DNA of 64,000 nucleotides from a virus (lineage: Duplodnaviria > Caudoviricetes), in the IMG/VR virus record IMGVR_UViG_3300017763_003980, one strand, 5' to 3'. The notes under the pieces are model-generated. The model was not told the DNA's origin. It ran no database searches and saw nothing but the letters and a program-made list of their open reading frames with translations. Both the position numbers and the translations under genes were made by a program. Below are positions 8,659-18,111 of the stretch, piece after piece; the stretch's first letter is position 1; each line of letters starts with the position of its first letter.

Positions 8659-9590
8659 CTTTTATCCGCCCATTGTCTAAGATGTTTCCATGCAGTCCCA
8701 TCTTTTAATTCGTCCAAACTCCAATGCATTTGTGCCATCTTTTCAATCCATGGTTGCCGATCAAAAGTTGTAATATTTTCTAAGTCAGCAAAGTTTGTAT
8801 GTGCAACATCTTTAGCTTGACTCCTAGGAGCATCTGTTAAAAATATAGGAACTCCTTCAATTGCTGCAACAACACCCGGACTTGAATTATGATTAACTAA
8901 ACAGTGTGCGGATGTAAGATCTTGCATTATACTATCTGCATTTGATACTCTAACATTAGGTAGTCTATATCTTACAATTGATCTTTTATGTTCTATTTGA
9001 TTTTTATCTCCTGGATGAAATCTTATGACAATAGCTCTATCAGAATATTTTCTAATTTCTTGAATAGTTCGTACTACCCAAGGAAGTAGTGGTTGGTTAT
9101 CCATACTCCAACCACCGTCACGTTGACAACAAATTAAAATATAATTGCCATTATTTTTCCAAGGTTTTATTTCTAATCCTAATTTATTTTTAATTAATTC
9201 CCATCGTTTAGGATCAGGCGCACCATTACAATACTCTCCTGTAGTTGGAAATATTCCATCATAACTGTATCTTAAAAACTTATTACTGTTACCAGGATCT
9301 GCATACAAAAATAAGTTTGCGTCAACTATAAGAGTTCGTTTACCTCTTTTTTGTTGATGTTCGATTACCCTACGTCTTAAATCTAAATGCTGTGATCTTT
9401 TACTACCAGGATGTACAAATCCCTGCATTACAGCTACGTCAGCATCTACAACATTGTAATCTGTTACAATAGTTCCTTCGTCGCCGCCTTTCCAAACACC
9501 TTCAATTGCGTTTACTATTATTGCTGGTTTTTCAGGGTTGGTGTTACCAGGTGGTATTCCCATAAGGTAACTTGCAACTGATATGCTCAT
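8655..9590 (-). CDS. KpsS/KpsC-like GT-B glycosyltransferase, paralog 2
   Basis: YILICCQ, IRFHP, NHNSSPGVVAAIEGVPIF and DRQPWIEKMAQMHW. Confidence 0.6.
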   Translation of the reverse strand: MSISVASYLMGIPPGNTNPEKPAIIVNAIEGVWKGGDEGTIVTDYNVVDADVAVMQGFVHPGSKRSQHLDLRRRVIEHQQKRGKRTLIVDANLFLYADPGNSNKFLRYSYDGIFPTTGEYCNGAPDPKRWELIKNKLGLEIKPWKNNGNYILICCQRDGGWSMDNQPLLPWVVRTIQEIRKYSDRAIVIRFHPGDKNQIEHKRSIVRYRLPNVRVSNADSIMQDLTSAHCLVNHNSSPGVVAAIEGVPIFLTDAPRSQAKDVAHTNFADLENITTFDRQPWIEKMAQMHWSLDELKDGTAWKHLRQWADKR

Positions 9591-10408
9591 CTGATTCCAT
9601 ACTCCCTCAGCGTCGGTAGCACAGTTCCTGCTACCATTTCTTGTGGATTATATTGACAATAACCTAACCAGTTTTGCCAACCTATTACTTTTTCTTCTTC
9701 TACATACAACGGATTTTCGATACTACTTAAATCAGTTCCGCAAGCAAAATCAGCAGCATTTGGTGCTAGTGTAAAACAAGGTATGCCATAGCCAATTGCT
9801 TCTGTTGCAGCTATACTATTATATGTTACTACAGCAAAAATATTATCTTCTTCAAATTGATGATATATGCTATTGTCTCTGACTCGTTCTCTTCTAAGGC
9901 CTTTGTTTCTTACAATTACTTCTCTATCAGTATATTTTTTTATTTCAGCAATAGTATTTTCAATCCATTCATCTCGTTTAATGCCATAAAAGGCACAAGG
10001 TTTATCGGATGGTGTAACTAACAATATAGCACTTCCATTTTTCTTCCAACCTTTAAATCTAATATCTTGGCTGTCAATGCAATTATTAAACCTATCTGCT
10101 GGTAGATCAAATCTTGGTTGGCTGTGTTGCATGCCGTTAGGTACAACACGATGCCAATGTTTCTTTTTGTTTAGATTTCCGATATACCCTGTATCTATAT
10201 AATAGTATGGACGCTTTTGAAACTCGCACATATTAACTGTTTTTCTCTGCGCCATACTACGAAATACAACAGGAATATTTGTATCCCAGTGTTGTAAAGC
10301 TTTCCATCCTGGTATCTCTTCAGATTGAGAACCTTGTGCAAAGCAACTAACAATAGCATCTCGCGTATCTATTGCTAACATCTCTGCACCTGTTTTTAGT
10401 TCAACCAT
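9587..10408 (-). CDS. KpsS/KpsC-like GT-B glycosyltransferase, paralog 3 (HP motif replaced)
   Basis: YYIDTGY, TYNSIAATEAIGYGIPCF and WQNWLGYCQY; has VRNK where the paralogs have RxHP. Confidence 0.55.
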   Translation of the reverse strand: MVELKTGAEMLAIDTRDAIVSCFAQGSQSEEIPGWKALQHWDTNIPVVFRSMAQRKTVNMCEFQKRPYYYIDTGYIGNLNKKKHWHRVVPNGMQHSQPRFDLPADRFNNCIDSQDIRFKGWKKNGSAILLVTPSDKPCAFYGIKRDEWIENTIAEIKKYTDREVIVRNKGLRRERVRDNSIYHQFEEDNIFAVVTYNSIAATEAIGYGIPCFTLAPNAADFACGTDLSSIENPLYVEEEKVIGWQNWLGYCQYNPQEMVAGTVLPTLREYGIR

Positions 10409-11084
10409 TATTCATCATCTCCTGGAGCTCTATTTTCCAAGTACTATGCCAGCCACAGTTTCGGTAATTTTCGAACCAAGGCCCCCCTTCTGTATAATGT
10501 AATGCTTTAGGTGAACCGTCTTTGCCTTCTTCATACCAATCAGTAAGCCAATTCCATTCATGACTAATTTGTCCTATTTCGGAGTCATCTAGCCAACTAA
10601 ATCTATGTAAGTATGCACCTGTAATTTCTGGATTGTTAACTAAATTTAGATCTAATTTTTTATTACTTGGATGCCCGCAATTAAATAATACAACACTAGA
10701 CCAGTTTTTGCGGGGATAAACTGTTTGTGTTTGTCCATCCATTTTTACTCCTTCTTTAGGAGTATAATCATGCTGAGCACACATAACTGCATACTTGTTA
10801 TCAGCTTGATCAAATAGTTCTTTAATATCTTCAATAAAAATAATATCACTATCACAGAACAATGCCCAGCCATCAAAATTACATAGTTCTGGTACTAAAA
10901 ATCTAGTGAAAGTAAATTCTGTGCTTGCTAGTTTATCTATTGGTCTTGAATACCAACCTTGTTCTCTTAATTCATTTTGCTTTAGTGGACGTACTTCTAC
11001 ATTCTTATTACGTGATTCAAGACTATGCTTACATACTTGATAAGCAATATCTTCCCTAGTATCATATCCTACAAATACTTTCAT
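10401..11084 (-). CDS. GT8-like GT-A glycosyltransferase (plant CDI-like family)
   Basis: VFVGYDTRE, STEFTFTRFLVP, FCDSDII, KNWSSVVLFNCGHP and HYTEGGPWF. Confidence 0.8.
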   Translation of the reverse strand: MKVFVGYDTREDIAYQVCKHSLESRNKNVEVRPLKQNELREQGWYSRPIDKLASTEFTFTRFLVPELCNFDGWALFCDSDIIFIEDIKELFDQADNKYAVMCAQHDYTPKEGVKMDGQTQTVYPRKNWSSVVLFNCGHPSNKKLDLNLVNNPEITGAYLHRFSWLDDSEIGQISHEWNWLTDWYEEGKDGSPKALHYTEGGPWFENYRNCGWHSTWKIELQEMMNNG

Positions 11085-11863
11085 TAATCCCTTCTCTCTA
11101 TATCTTCTTCAATGCATTCACTGCCCCATTGTATTTCAAGAATGTGTGCATTTTCTGTTCCGTAGTTGGCTGGTTTATGCCATACTTCTTTATCTATTTC
11201 ATATGGTAACGTGTGTGGTTTAAGTTGTACTACAGTTACATTGCCGTGCCATTCTGTTGTCATGTCCACAACACCTTCTAGTATTATCCACTGCTCTGAA
11301 CGTTTGAAATGTTTTTGATCACTTAGACTTTTGCCAGGATAAATTACAAGCTCTTTTACTTTGTAACCTTTTTCTGGTTTGTGATCTAACACACGCCAAT
11401 ATCCCCACTGTCGTTCTGTCTTTTGTGTTTTCCATTCGTCTAATATCCAGCTACTACTATTAGCTTTATTTTCGCCGCCTACTCCGTAAATAAATTTTAT
11501 ATTTTTATAATTGCCAAATAATTTCTCTTCTGGTACTGCTCCTTCTACTCTATCTCCGCCGTTAGCAAAAATTATTTCATCATTGGAATTAGTAGTAGAT
11601 TGAAGTAAAAATATAGCTCCACCTGCTGTGTCATCGTCATCATTAAAACTAATAACTCTATCTACTACACTAAGTTCTTTTATAATAGATAGTCTTTCTT
11701 CAAAAGGCATAAATGGTCTACCTTTTTTGCGTGTAAGCCAGTCATCTGAGTTAAGTCCAACAACTAGTTTTGTACCTAACTGTTTGGCAGCTTTAAAGTA
11801 AGCAATATGCCCACTATGTAGAGGATCAAATCCTCCGGTGACTAAAACGTACTTCTCTGTCAT
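11084..11863 (-). CDS. Cytidylyltransferase (HxGH family) fused to a mannose-6-phosphate-isomerase-type cupin
   Basis: N-terminal TGGFDPLHSGH, GLNSD and FANGGDR; C-terminal ERQWGYWRVL...SDQKHFKRSEQW...WH. Confidence 0.85.
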   Translation of the reverse strand: MTEKYVLVTGGFDPLHSGHIAYFKAAKQLGTKLVVGLNSDDWLTRKKGRPFMPFEERLSIIKELSVVDRVISFNDDDDTAGGAIFLLQSTTNSNDEIIFANGGDRVEGAVPEEKLFGNYKNIKFIYGVGGENKANSSSWILDEWKTQKTERQWGYWRVLDHKPEKGYKVKELVIYPGKSLSDQKHFKRSEQWIILEGVVDMTTEWHGNVTVVQLKPHTLPYEIDKEVWHKPANYGTENAHILEIQWGSECIEEDIERRD

Positions 11864-11868
11864 GCTAG

Positions 11869-11876
11869 TACTTATA
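11869..11876 (-). promoter_or_regulatory. Late-promoter variant TATAAGTA, 5 nt upstream of ATG
   Basis: One mismatch to the T4 late box TATAAATA; no SD before the ATG at 11863. Confidence 0.5.
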
Positions 11877-11900
11877 TTAGTAGTTAATGATTTTAAAATA

Positions 11901-12386
11901 TTATGGTTTGTATGCTGCTACACCTAAATGTTTTATTGTAGGTTTGTGTAATGATCTTATATTTGTATATCCGCATTGTTCTAGTAATGCTTTCATTTGA
12001 GGGTAGTTATAACCACTCTTGTGCAAATCCCAAGTTTCTCCCTTTTCAGCTTCTCTTTGCCATCCCCAGAAACCTGCTCTAGCATGTGCTATGTTCTTAC
12101 CTACTTGCCATTGATGTACATGAAAGTCCATATTAGGACAACGTATATCTATTTCACCACCTGATTGTAAAATATTAAAACATGCTTTGAGCCAACGTTC
12201 TCCTTGTTCGAATGTAAGATGTTCTATAAAGTGTCTTGAAAAGATATGTGTGACTGTATTAAATGGTATTAGTAAATCTATTTCATAAGCAGGACATACA
12301 TAATCTATTCCCGACAAATTTCTAATATCACAAGTTTTGTAATCTGGATAGGTTGGAGTCTCTCCGCAACCAAATTCTATTTTCAT
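11901..12386 (-). CDS. Class I SAM-dependent methyltransferase
   Basis: IEFGCG, IFSRHFIEH and LQSGG; short Methyltransf_11-like form. Confidence 0.75.
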   Translation of the reverse strand: MKIEFGCGETPTYPDYKTCDIRNLSGIDYVCPAYEIDLLIPFNTVTHIFSRHFIEHLTFEQGERWLKACFNILQSGGEIDIRCPNMDFHVHQWQVGKNIAHARAGFWGWQREAEKGETWDLHKSGYNYPQMKALLEQCGYTNIRSLHKPTIKHLGVAAYKP

Positions 12387-13342
12387 GTTGCAAAAAACTT
12401 TCTAACAAAGTTGTTTATAATTATAGACACGACTTTGTTGTTAACATGTCTTGGTGTGTTGTCTTCAAACAGTGTAGGGAAGTCTGTATGAGCTCCTACC
12501 CAACGTACCATTTCATAGCTAGGCCAGTAATAGCAAGTAGATGGATTATGTTGTGCAAAGAATTGATCAAGTGCTACACGTAACGTCGACTTACTTACAC
12601 AGTCACTAATCATCGTCGGTCTTCCCATAAAGGTTGCATTAAGTGGTACAGGACTAAGTGTAAAAATAACCTGAGTGTCTGCTCCAGCGTGAGTAGTAAT
12701 TAAATCGTAAATACGTTTCATATTATCTACGTTTTCTTGTACTGTACTAGTTACACATTCATGCTTGTCTGGATCAAAATATTTTGCAGGAACCCCACGC
12801 CAAAACACTTGTTTAGTGGCTCTATCTCGCCAAACTTCTGCTAATCCGAATGTAACTACTACCCCTTTTGTCTTTTTAAAATGCTCCAAGAGAGCCTTTT
12901 GTTCATCTTCAGGTTCCCATTTATACGCACCTGCTTGTGGATCGTTGTCATACCAATAAGCATCTGTACTACGATCTCCTGTAAGTGCCCATTCAAGATA
13001 TTGCCTTACTGCAAATGAATTATTAAGCCCTTCTGGTACATTTATGTAATCACTATTTTTTCCATTTGCTTTTAACCAGTTACGCAATCTTTCTGCAAAA
13101 CAACTTCCCATTGTAACTACTGTGCCGTCAGCTGGTATAGTAGGAGTTTTAGGTCCGTGACCTGTAAACACAAATTCTTCTGCTAGCTTTTCTAAATCGT
13201 CAAACTGAGATTTGTCTTTTGGAAAATAAGATATTAAATCGTTTGTGTGCCATTTGCTTTTTACTAAATCTATATTACCAGCTGACATTTTTCCGCTACC
13301 TTTTGAATTAGCAGTAGCATTTGCTAATCTAGCTTTAGCCAT
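12383..13342 (-). CDS. GSCFA-domain protein (SGNH-like, polysaccharide-associated)
   Basis: Signature MGSCFAE, VTFGLAEVW, TLSPVPL, SKSTLRVA, YWPSYE and RHV. Confidence 0.85.
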   Translation of the reverse strand: MAKARLANATANSKGSGKMSAGNIDLVKSKWHTNDLISYFPKDKSQFDDLEKLAEEFVFTGHGPKTPTIPADGTVVTMGSCFAERLRNWLKANGKNSDYINVPEGLNNSFAVRQYLEWALTGDRSTDAYWYDNDPQAGAYKWEPEDEQKALLEHFKKTKGVVVTFGLAEVWRDRATKQVFWRGVPAKYFDPDKHECVTSTVQENVDNMKRIYDLITTHAGADTQVIFTLSPVPLNATFMGRPTMISDCVSKSTLRVALDQFFAQHNPSTCYYWPSYEMVRWVGAHTDFPTLFEDNTPRHVNNKVVSIIINNFVRKFFAT

Positions 13343-13343
13343 A

Positions 13344-14264
13344 TTATATAATTCCCCTTAATAAGTGATACCATGGATCGCCTTTAGCAATTTCATCTTC
13401 TCTCCATTGACAGTAACCTAAGTTATTAAGCCATTGTTGTCGATCAAAATACTCTAAGTTTTCAAGTGTATTTAAGTTCTTATTAGAACATTCCCAAGCC
13501 ATTGAACTAGGGCATAAACTAAAAGTAGGTATGCCTTCGCATATACTTTCTGTTAGTGCATTACTATTAAAGCCTACTACTGCATATGCATTTTTAAAAT
13601 CTTCGTATAGTCCTGCTCCGCCTTCTAAGTTTCCAGAGCCATGCATATTTTTACTAATTGATATTCCGCTAGTGTCTATCTTTTCAAGTGCTTGTCTTTG
13701 CCTATCCATTCTAGCAGGATGCATTCTAGCAACAATAGGACGGTCAGTATACTTGCGTATTTCGTTAATAGTATTAGCAATAAAATTATCAAATGTTTTA
13801 TGTTTAGTCATTAAGTTTTTTAAACTACTATCGCCAGGGCGTTGCATTGCTAGTAATATATACTCACCGCCTTTTTTCCAGTCTTTTATTTCAATATTTT
13901 GATCTGCTTGTATTTGATTCCATCTATCGTCTGGACAGTTTTCGTTACAATAGTTTCCTTCATCTCTAAAATAACTTGTCCAACTCCATCTATGATATGC
14001 TTTAGGATGAGGAGGAAATGGCATGTTACGTCTAAACACACTACTTTCGACTACAATATATGGCTTCCCACTGTCGCGTATATATTCATACTGTGCTCTA
14101 TACTTTCTAAAGAATTTATTTTCTAATATATTTGCTTGTACAAATACATCAGCTTTTTCTATTATAGCTTGATTTTCCCAAGGTACAACTTTAAAATTAG
14201 GTAAGTGGGGAAGAGGGTGTGTTCTATATGAACCTTCTATTCCTACCACAAGCTTATCCAACAT
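13344..14264 (-). CDS. KpsS/KpsC-like GT-B glycosyltransferase, paralog 4
   Basis: QxxxD motif (MQRPGDSSL), ARMHP, FNSNALTESICEGIPTF and DRQQWLNNLGYCQW. Confidence 0.65.
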   Translation of the reverse strand: MLDKLVVGIEGSYRTHPLPHLPNFKVVPWENQAIIEKADVFVQANILENKFFRKYRAQYEYIRDSGKPYIVVESSVFRRNMPFPPHPKAYHRWSWTSYFRDEGNYCNENCPDDRWNQIQADQNIEIKDWKKGGEYILLAMQRPGDSSLKNLMTKHKTFDNFIANTINEIRKYTDRPIVARMHPARMDRQRQALEKIDTSGISISKNMHGSGNLEGGAGLYEDFKNAYAVVGFNSNALTESICEGIPTFSLCPSSMAWECSNKNLNTLENLEYFDRQQWLNNLGYCQWREDEIAKGDPWYHLLRGII

Positions 14265-14814
14265 TATTAAAATATAATCCTCTATTTTTTACAAAAGCTT
14301 TTTTACCCTTTTTACCTAAATTTAGTGTAGAATTTAGTCGTAAGAACCTTGTTTTGCTTTCGTCTAGTTTAAATCCGTTTTCTTCAAAACGTTCAATCCA
14401 ATAATCTTCTTCTTGTAGATTAACATGATGATGTCCGTTCCATCCTGGAGGTGCATATGTTACTACTACACTCTTTGCACGTTTAAAAGTATCCATGTAG
14501 TTGTTCATATACTGTTCTTCCACATGTTCTAAAAATTCTACACTCCATGCTAAATCATAAGTATCTTCTATCTGCGGGCTACCTTTAGTATAGTCGTGTA
14601 TAATAAAATAATTAGGATCAAATCGTGTTAACGTATAATCACCGTCAACGCCCATAGTGCGTAGTCCTTTGCTCTTAGCTAGTTCTACCATGCCGCCTGG
14701 TCCGCAACCTATATCAATAAAACTTTCTATGCCTTGATTAATTAACCATTGTAATGCACCTTCGTCTATGTGAGTTTTACCTTGGTGTCCTCCTAGGTGA
14801 GATTCTAATGTCAT
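14254..14814 (-). CDS. Class I SAM-dependent methyltransferase
   Basis: IDIGCGPG, GVDG and WSVEFLEHV. Confidence 0.85.
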   Translation of the reverse strand: MTLESHLGGHQGKTHIDEGALQWLINQGIESFIDIGCGPGGMVELAKSKGLRTMGVDGDYTLTRFDPNYFIIHDYTKGSPQIEDTYDLAWSVEFLEHVEEQYMNNYMDTFKRAKSVVVTYAPPGWNGHHHVNLQEEDYWIERFEENGFKLDESKTRFLRLNSTLNLGKKGKKAFVKNRGLYFNNVG

Positions 14815-15446
14815 TATACTATATACCTTTTTAGTTGATCCGTATATTTAGGATTATTTTTATGCTTATCGCCCTTTAAAGTAAGAAATACACTTTTTGG
14901 ATTTTGTTTACCCATGCATATCCATTCTTGAGGTGCTTCTTTGTATTGATGTAGGTTAGACAGTAATAAAAGAATATCTTGATCATGTCCGTATTCCCAT
15001 TTATGTGTCTTTGTAATTAATAGATTGTTTGCATAGTCTTGTCTAAATAATTCTGTACCCAAAGTTACGAATCCACATAGCCAAGGGTGTATAGCATTTT
15101 TCTTGTGATGTTTTAAAACTGTAACGTCTGACGTTACATCGATAAATTCTTCTTTTGTAAATTCTCTAGTACAGATACTATCAGCATCAAGTATCATTAC
15201 ATGTTCATTATTTGTAAATTTCTTTGCCGCTACTACGAATCTAACACCTTGTAAATAAGGAACGGTTACGTAGTCATATTGTTCTGTAGTATAATCTACA
15301 TAATCTAATTTATTTAATTTATCTGGATTTACTACATGACAATGCAATTGCAACCAATCGTGTGGGTTCAAATCGTGTATACTTTTTAATAAGTTATAAG
15401 CCCATTTATCATAATAATTTTGATCACATGCTACAAGTATATGCAT
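14814..15446 (-). CDS. GT-A glycosyltransferase (GT8-like)
   Basis: ILVACDQNY, ILDADSI (DxD) and HDQDIL. Confidence 0.65.
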   Translation of the reverse strand: MHILVACDQNYYDKWAYNLLKSIHDLNPHDWLQLHCHVVNPDKLNKLDYVDYTTEQYDYVTVPYLQGVRFVVAAKKFTNNEHVMILDADSICTREFTKEEFIDVTSDVTVLKHHKKNAIHPWLCGFVTLGTELFRQDYANNLLITKTHKWEYGHDQDILLLLSNLHQYKEAPQEWICMGKQNPKSVFLTLKGDKHKNNPKYTDQLKRYIV

Positions 15447-16231
15447 TACAAGCTCTGTATACTAAAACGCTTTAAAAATTTATTATGTAGTTTTTGTTTA
15501 CCTTTACCTTTACAATGAACCATATACTGATTAATGCCGCTGTTATTGAAAGGGCTTTTGTTGTTTACAGGATTAGGATTTAAATTTTTGAAACCTTCGT
15601 AGCCGCCAGCTTCATAGCTTAATCGCAATTGAAAAAAGATCCAACTATCGTGTGTTTCTCTCAATTCATCTAAATTGTTGCCTTCGTAGTATTCTTCGTA
15701 TGCTTCTAAGAAAGTTTTTGCTAAAGGAGTTTTTAAATTATACCCCATTAGTCCACATTCATCATATGCTGTTTTTGTATTTGATGGACGGCCGAGATAA
15801 GATATACAAGACTTTTGTGGAAATAGTTCAGCAAGCCATTCCATAGTAATATAGTCGTGCATAAGAACATCAGCATCTAACCAAATTAAATAATTTGTAT
15901 CACATACTTTAGCTTCTTCAAATATAGGAAATGTTTTATGAGCAAATTTAATTGCGTTCCATTTAAATTTCTTAGTATCTTTTACTGGAGCATCGCCGTT
16001 GTAGTGTGGATTATGCTTGTGTGTATTTTTAAATTTTACTAGTTTAGGACAAGTAGAATAAATGTCTTTAACAATAATCCTTTCTTTTAAGTTTCCAATA
16101 TCAATATCGTCTTCAGAATAAATTACAATTTTGACTTCGGGAGGCAAAAATTGAGCCCAGCTTTGGATATTGATTTTGGAAGTTTCGTCCCAGTATTTTT
16201 GATTAAGACTTGTAATGATTGTGTACAACAT
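15446..16231 (-). CDS. GT-A nucleotide-diphospho-sugar transferase
   Basis: NAIKFAHK, WLDADVL, ECGL, THDSWIF and HCKG; paralog of 7810..8658. Confidence 0.75.
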   Translation of the reverse strand: MLYTIITSLNQKYWDETSKINIQSWAQFLPPEVKIVIYSEDDIDIGNLKERIIVKDIYSTCPKLVKFKNTHKHNPHYNGDAPVKDTKKFKWNAIKFAHKTFPIFEEAKVCDTNYLIWLDADVLMHDYITMEWLAELFPQKSCISYLGRPSNTKTAYDECGLMGYNLKTPLAKTFLEAYEEYYEGNNLDELRETHDSWIFFQLRLSYEAGGYEGFKNLNPNPVNNKSPFNNSGINQYMVHCKGKGKQKLHNKFLKRFSIQSL

Positions 16232-16294
16232 ATAATTTCCTTGTACATATAATTATTATTGATAGGAGTTATATCATGTCAATTACGAATCTTT

Positions 16295-16750
16295 CTATAA
16301 ACTAGCATCCTCCATGCCTGCAACTCTTAGCTTAACTACATTAGTAATTTGCCATTGTTTTTGATCTAAGCCTTTAAGTAAGCCCAACCATTTGTTACGT
16401 ATAAGTGCAAATTCGTTTATAATTTTTTCATAATCAACAACATCACGTTCTCCGTCGACATATTTTTCTACATCACGACTTGATAATGCTCGTTGATAAT
16501 TTTCTAAATATTTTTTAAAAAATGAGCTACGCAATCTACGTAGCTCAATATTTAGATAGTTGAGTATTGCTTCAATTTCTTGAAGTTGATTAAATCTATG
16601 TTCGACGATTCCGGGCATTTCGGCAGCGGCACGTTCAACGTTTCCTTTTAGTTTAACCTCTTGACGTGCATCTTGTAATTCAGATTCAAAAAATGCTACT
16701 GCATCTGTAATTTTAGAAACGTCTCTTGAGATTTCACTATACCAACCCAT
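16295..16750 (-). CDS. uvsY: Recombination mediator UvsY
   Basis: Helical protein with ALSSRDVEKYVDGE and GLDQKQWQITN; two genes downstream of uvsX. Confidence 0.75.
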   Translation of the reverse strand: MGWYSEISRDVSKITDAVAFFESELQDARQEVKLKGNVERAAAEMPGIVEHRFNQLQEIEAILNYLNIELRRLRSSFFKKYLENYQRALSSRDVEKYVDGERDVVDYEKIINEFALIRNKWLGLLKGLDQKQWQITNVVKLRVAGMEDASL

Positions 16751-16752
16751 AC

Positions 16753-16983
16753 TTAATCCTCAAATTCATCGTAGTCATCATCGGTGTCTGCACTATCATC
16801 TAAGTAATAGTTTATTGCTTCATCTAATGAAGCACTTGACCCTAATGATGACACTAATGTTTCATCAGATACACCGTAGTCTGCAAGCATATCGACAAAC
16901 TTTTCAGCAACTACATCAATTTGCTTTTTGTCAACATATTCTTTAAACAAGTTCCAAATGTCTACTATCTCTTCTTCATTCAT
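16753..16983 (-). CDS. Small acidic hypothetical protein
   Basis: 76 aa between uvsX and uvsY, with a D/E-rich C-terminus. Confidence 0.7.
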   Translation of the reverse strand: MNEEEIVDIWNLFKEYVDKKQIDVVAEKFVDMLADYGVSDETLVSSLGSSASLDEAINYYLDDSADTDDDYDEFED

Positions 16984-18064
16984 TTACTGCTATCTCCTCG
17001 AGTTGGGTTTCATCGACTTCGTCTGTTACCTCAGCGGTATTTACCACATTAGCTTCTTTTAGTGCGAAATCCGACATTACCGTATCGAGGGCTGCTCCAG
17101 TCCAATTTTTTCTATACTCTAGTACTTCTTCGCCTGCACTAGTAGTATACTTTAAGCGGTTACCTTGCTTTTCAATTAAACCTTTTGCTTCAAATAATTC
17201 AACAAGCCCGCTGTAAGGATTCATACCTGTTTCATAAGGAATTTTAACCTGTACAGCTTCAAATGGTTTTGCATAACGTGTTTTCATAACTTTACAACCT
17301 GCACGTATACCCATTACTTGACTAATTTTATTACCGTCTTCATCTTCTTTTAGTTTAAGTTTTTTCATTGCAACAACAATACTACTTGCATAGATAAAGC
17401 CTTGTCCACCACTAATTTTATCATCAGGGTCAAACATATCTTGTGATGCATATGTGTGGTTAGTACATACTAGTCCTACATTATGCGAACCAATCATGTT
17501 TACTGTGTTACGTACTAATGAAGTAAGTGCTTTAGGTTTACGACCCATATCACCCTTCATATCACCTTTATTAAACTGATCTACGTCAGTAGGTGTAAGT
17601 AACATACCTAAACTATCAATAACAAACAGCACTTTAGGTCGATCTTCTTCGTCCATTGCCTTATAGTCATTCATAAATGTACTAATAGTTTTAGCTACGT
17701 CATCGATCATTGACATATTAAGTTTAAGAAGTTTTTCTTCACTTGTGTCAACATCTAATGCTTGTAACCAACTTTCGTCAAGTGCATTTTCACTATCAAT
17801 AAGAACAACAAAAATACCTTGATCTTGTGCGTGTTTTACAATATTACCTGCACAGAAATAACTTTTGCCTGCGCCTGATTCTCCTGCAAACACTGTTACC
17901 TTACCCATAGGAACACCTCTATTGAAGTCCCCACTAATAAGATAATTTAGTGCATACGAGCCTGTACTGATCCAATCAGTAGGATCGTTAAATCCAGCAC
18001 TCATGCCTGAGATGCTTTTTGTTAAGTCCTTACGGAACTTGCTAACGTCAAATGATTTAGCCAT
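16976..18064 (-). CDS. uvsX: RecA-like recombinase UvsX
   Basis: Walker A GESGAGKS, IDSENA, VIDSLG, TNHTY, SGGQGFIYASS and KTRYAKPF. Confidence 0.95.
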   Translation of the reverse strand: MAKSFDVSKFRKDLTKSISGMSAGFNDPTDWISTGSYALNYLISGDFNRGVPMGKVTVFAGESGAGKSYFCAGNIVKHAQDQGIFVVLIDSENALDESWLQALDVDTSEEKLLKLNMSMIDDVAKTISTFMNDYKAMDEEDRPKVLFVIDSLGMLLTPTDVDQFNKGDMKGDMGRKPKALTSLVRNTVNMIGSHNVGLVCTNHTYASQDMFDPDDKISGGQGFIYASSIVVAMKKLKLKEDEDGNKISQVMGIRAGCKVMKTRYAKPFEAVQVKIPYETGMNPYSGLVELFEAKGLIEKQGNRLKYTTSAGEEVLEYRKNWTGAALDTVMSDFALKEANVVNTAEVTDEVDETQLEEIAVNE

Positions 18065-18084
18065 AATTTCTCCTAATTAAAAGT

Positions 18085-18106
18085 AATGGGGGATTTCTCC
18101 CCCATT
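18085..18106 (-). terminator. Stem-loop (9-bp stem, GAAA loop) between gp32 and uvsX; probable partial terminator
   Basis: AATGGGGGA-GAAA-TCCCCCATT followed by ACTTTTAATT on the minus strand. Confidence 0.7.
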
Positions 18107-18111
18107 TTATC

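Noticed and set aside
43-16231. Reading the Kdo/GT cluster as a bacterial LPS or capsule island
   Set aside because: It is interleaved and translationally coupled with uvsW, uvsY and uvsX, uses the same promoter grammar as the T4-like genes, and has no bacterial housekeeping or export (wzm/wzt/kpsMT) genes.
16753-16983. Acidic 76-aa protein as a DNA mimic or anti-defence factor
   Set aside because: The acidity is confined to the tail and its position in the uvsX-uvsY unit suggests a core accessory role. There is nothing further to support the idea.
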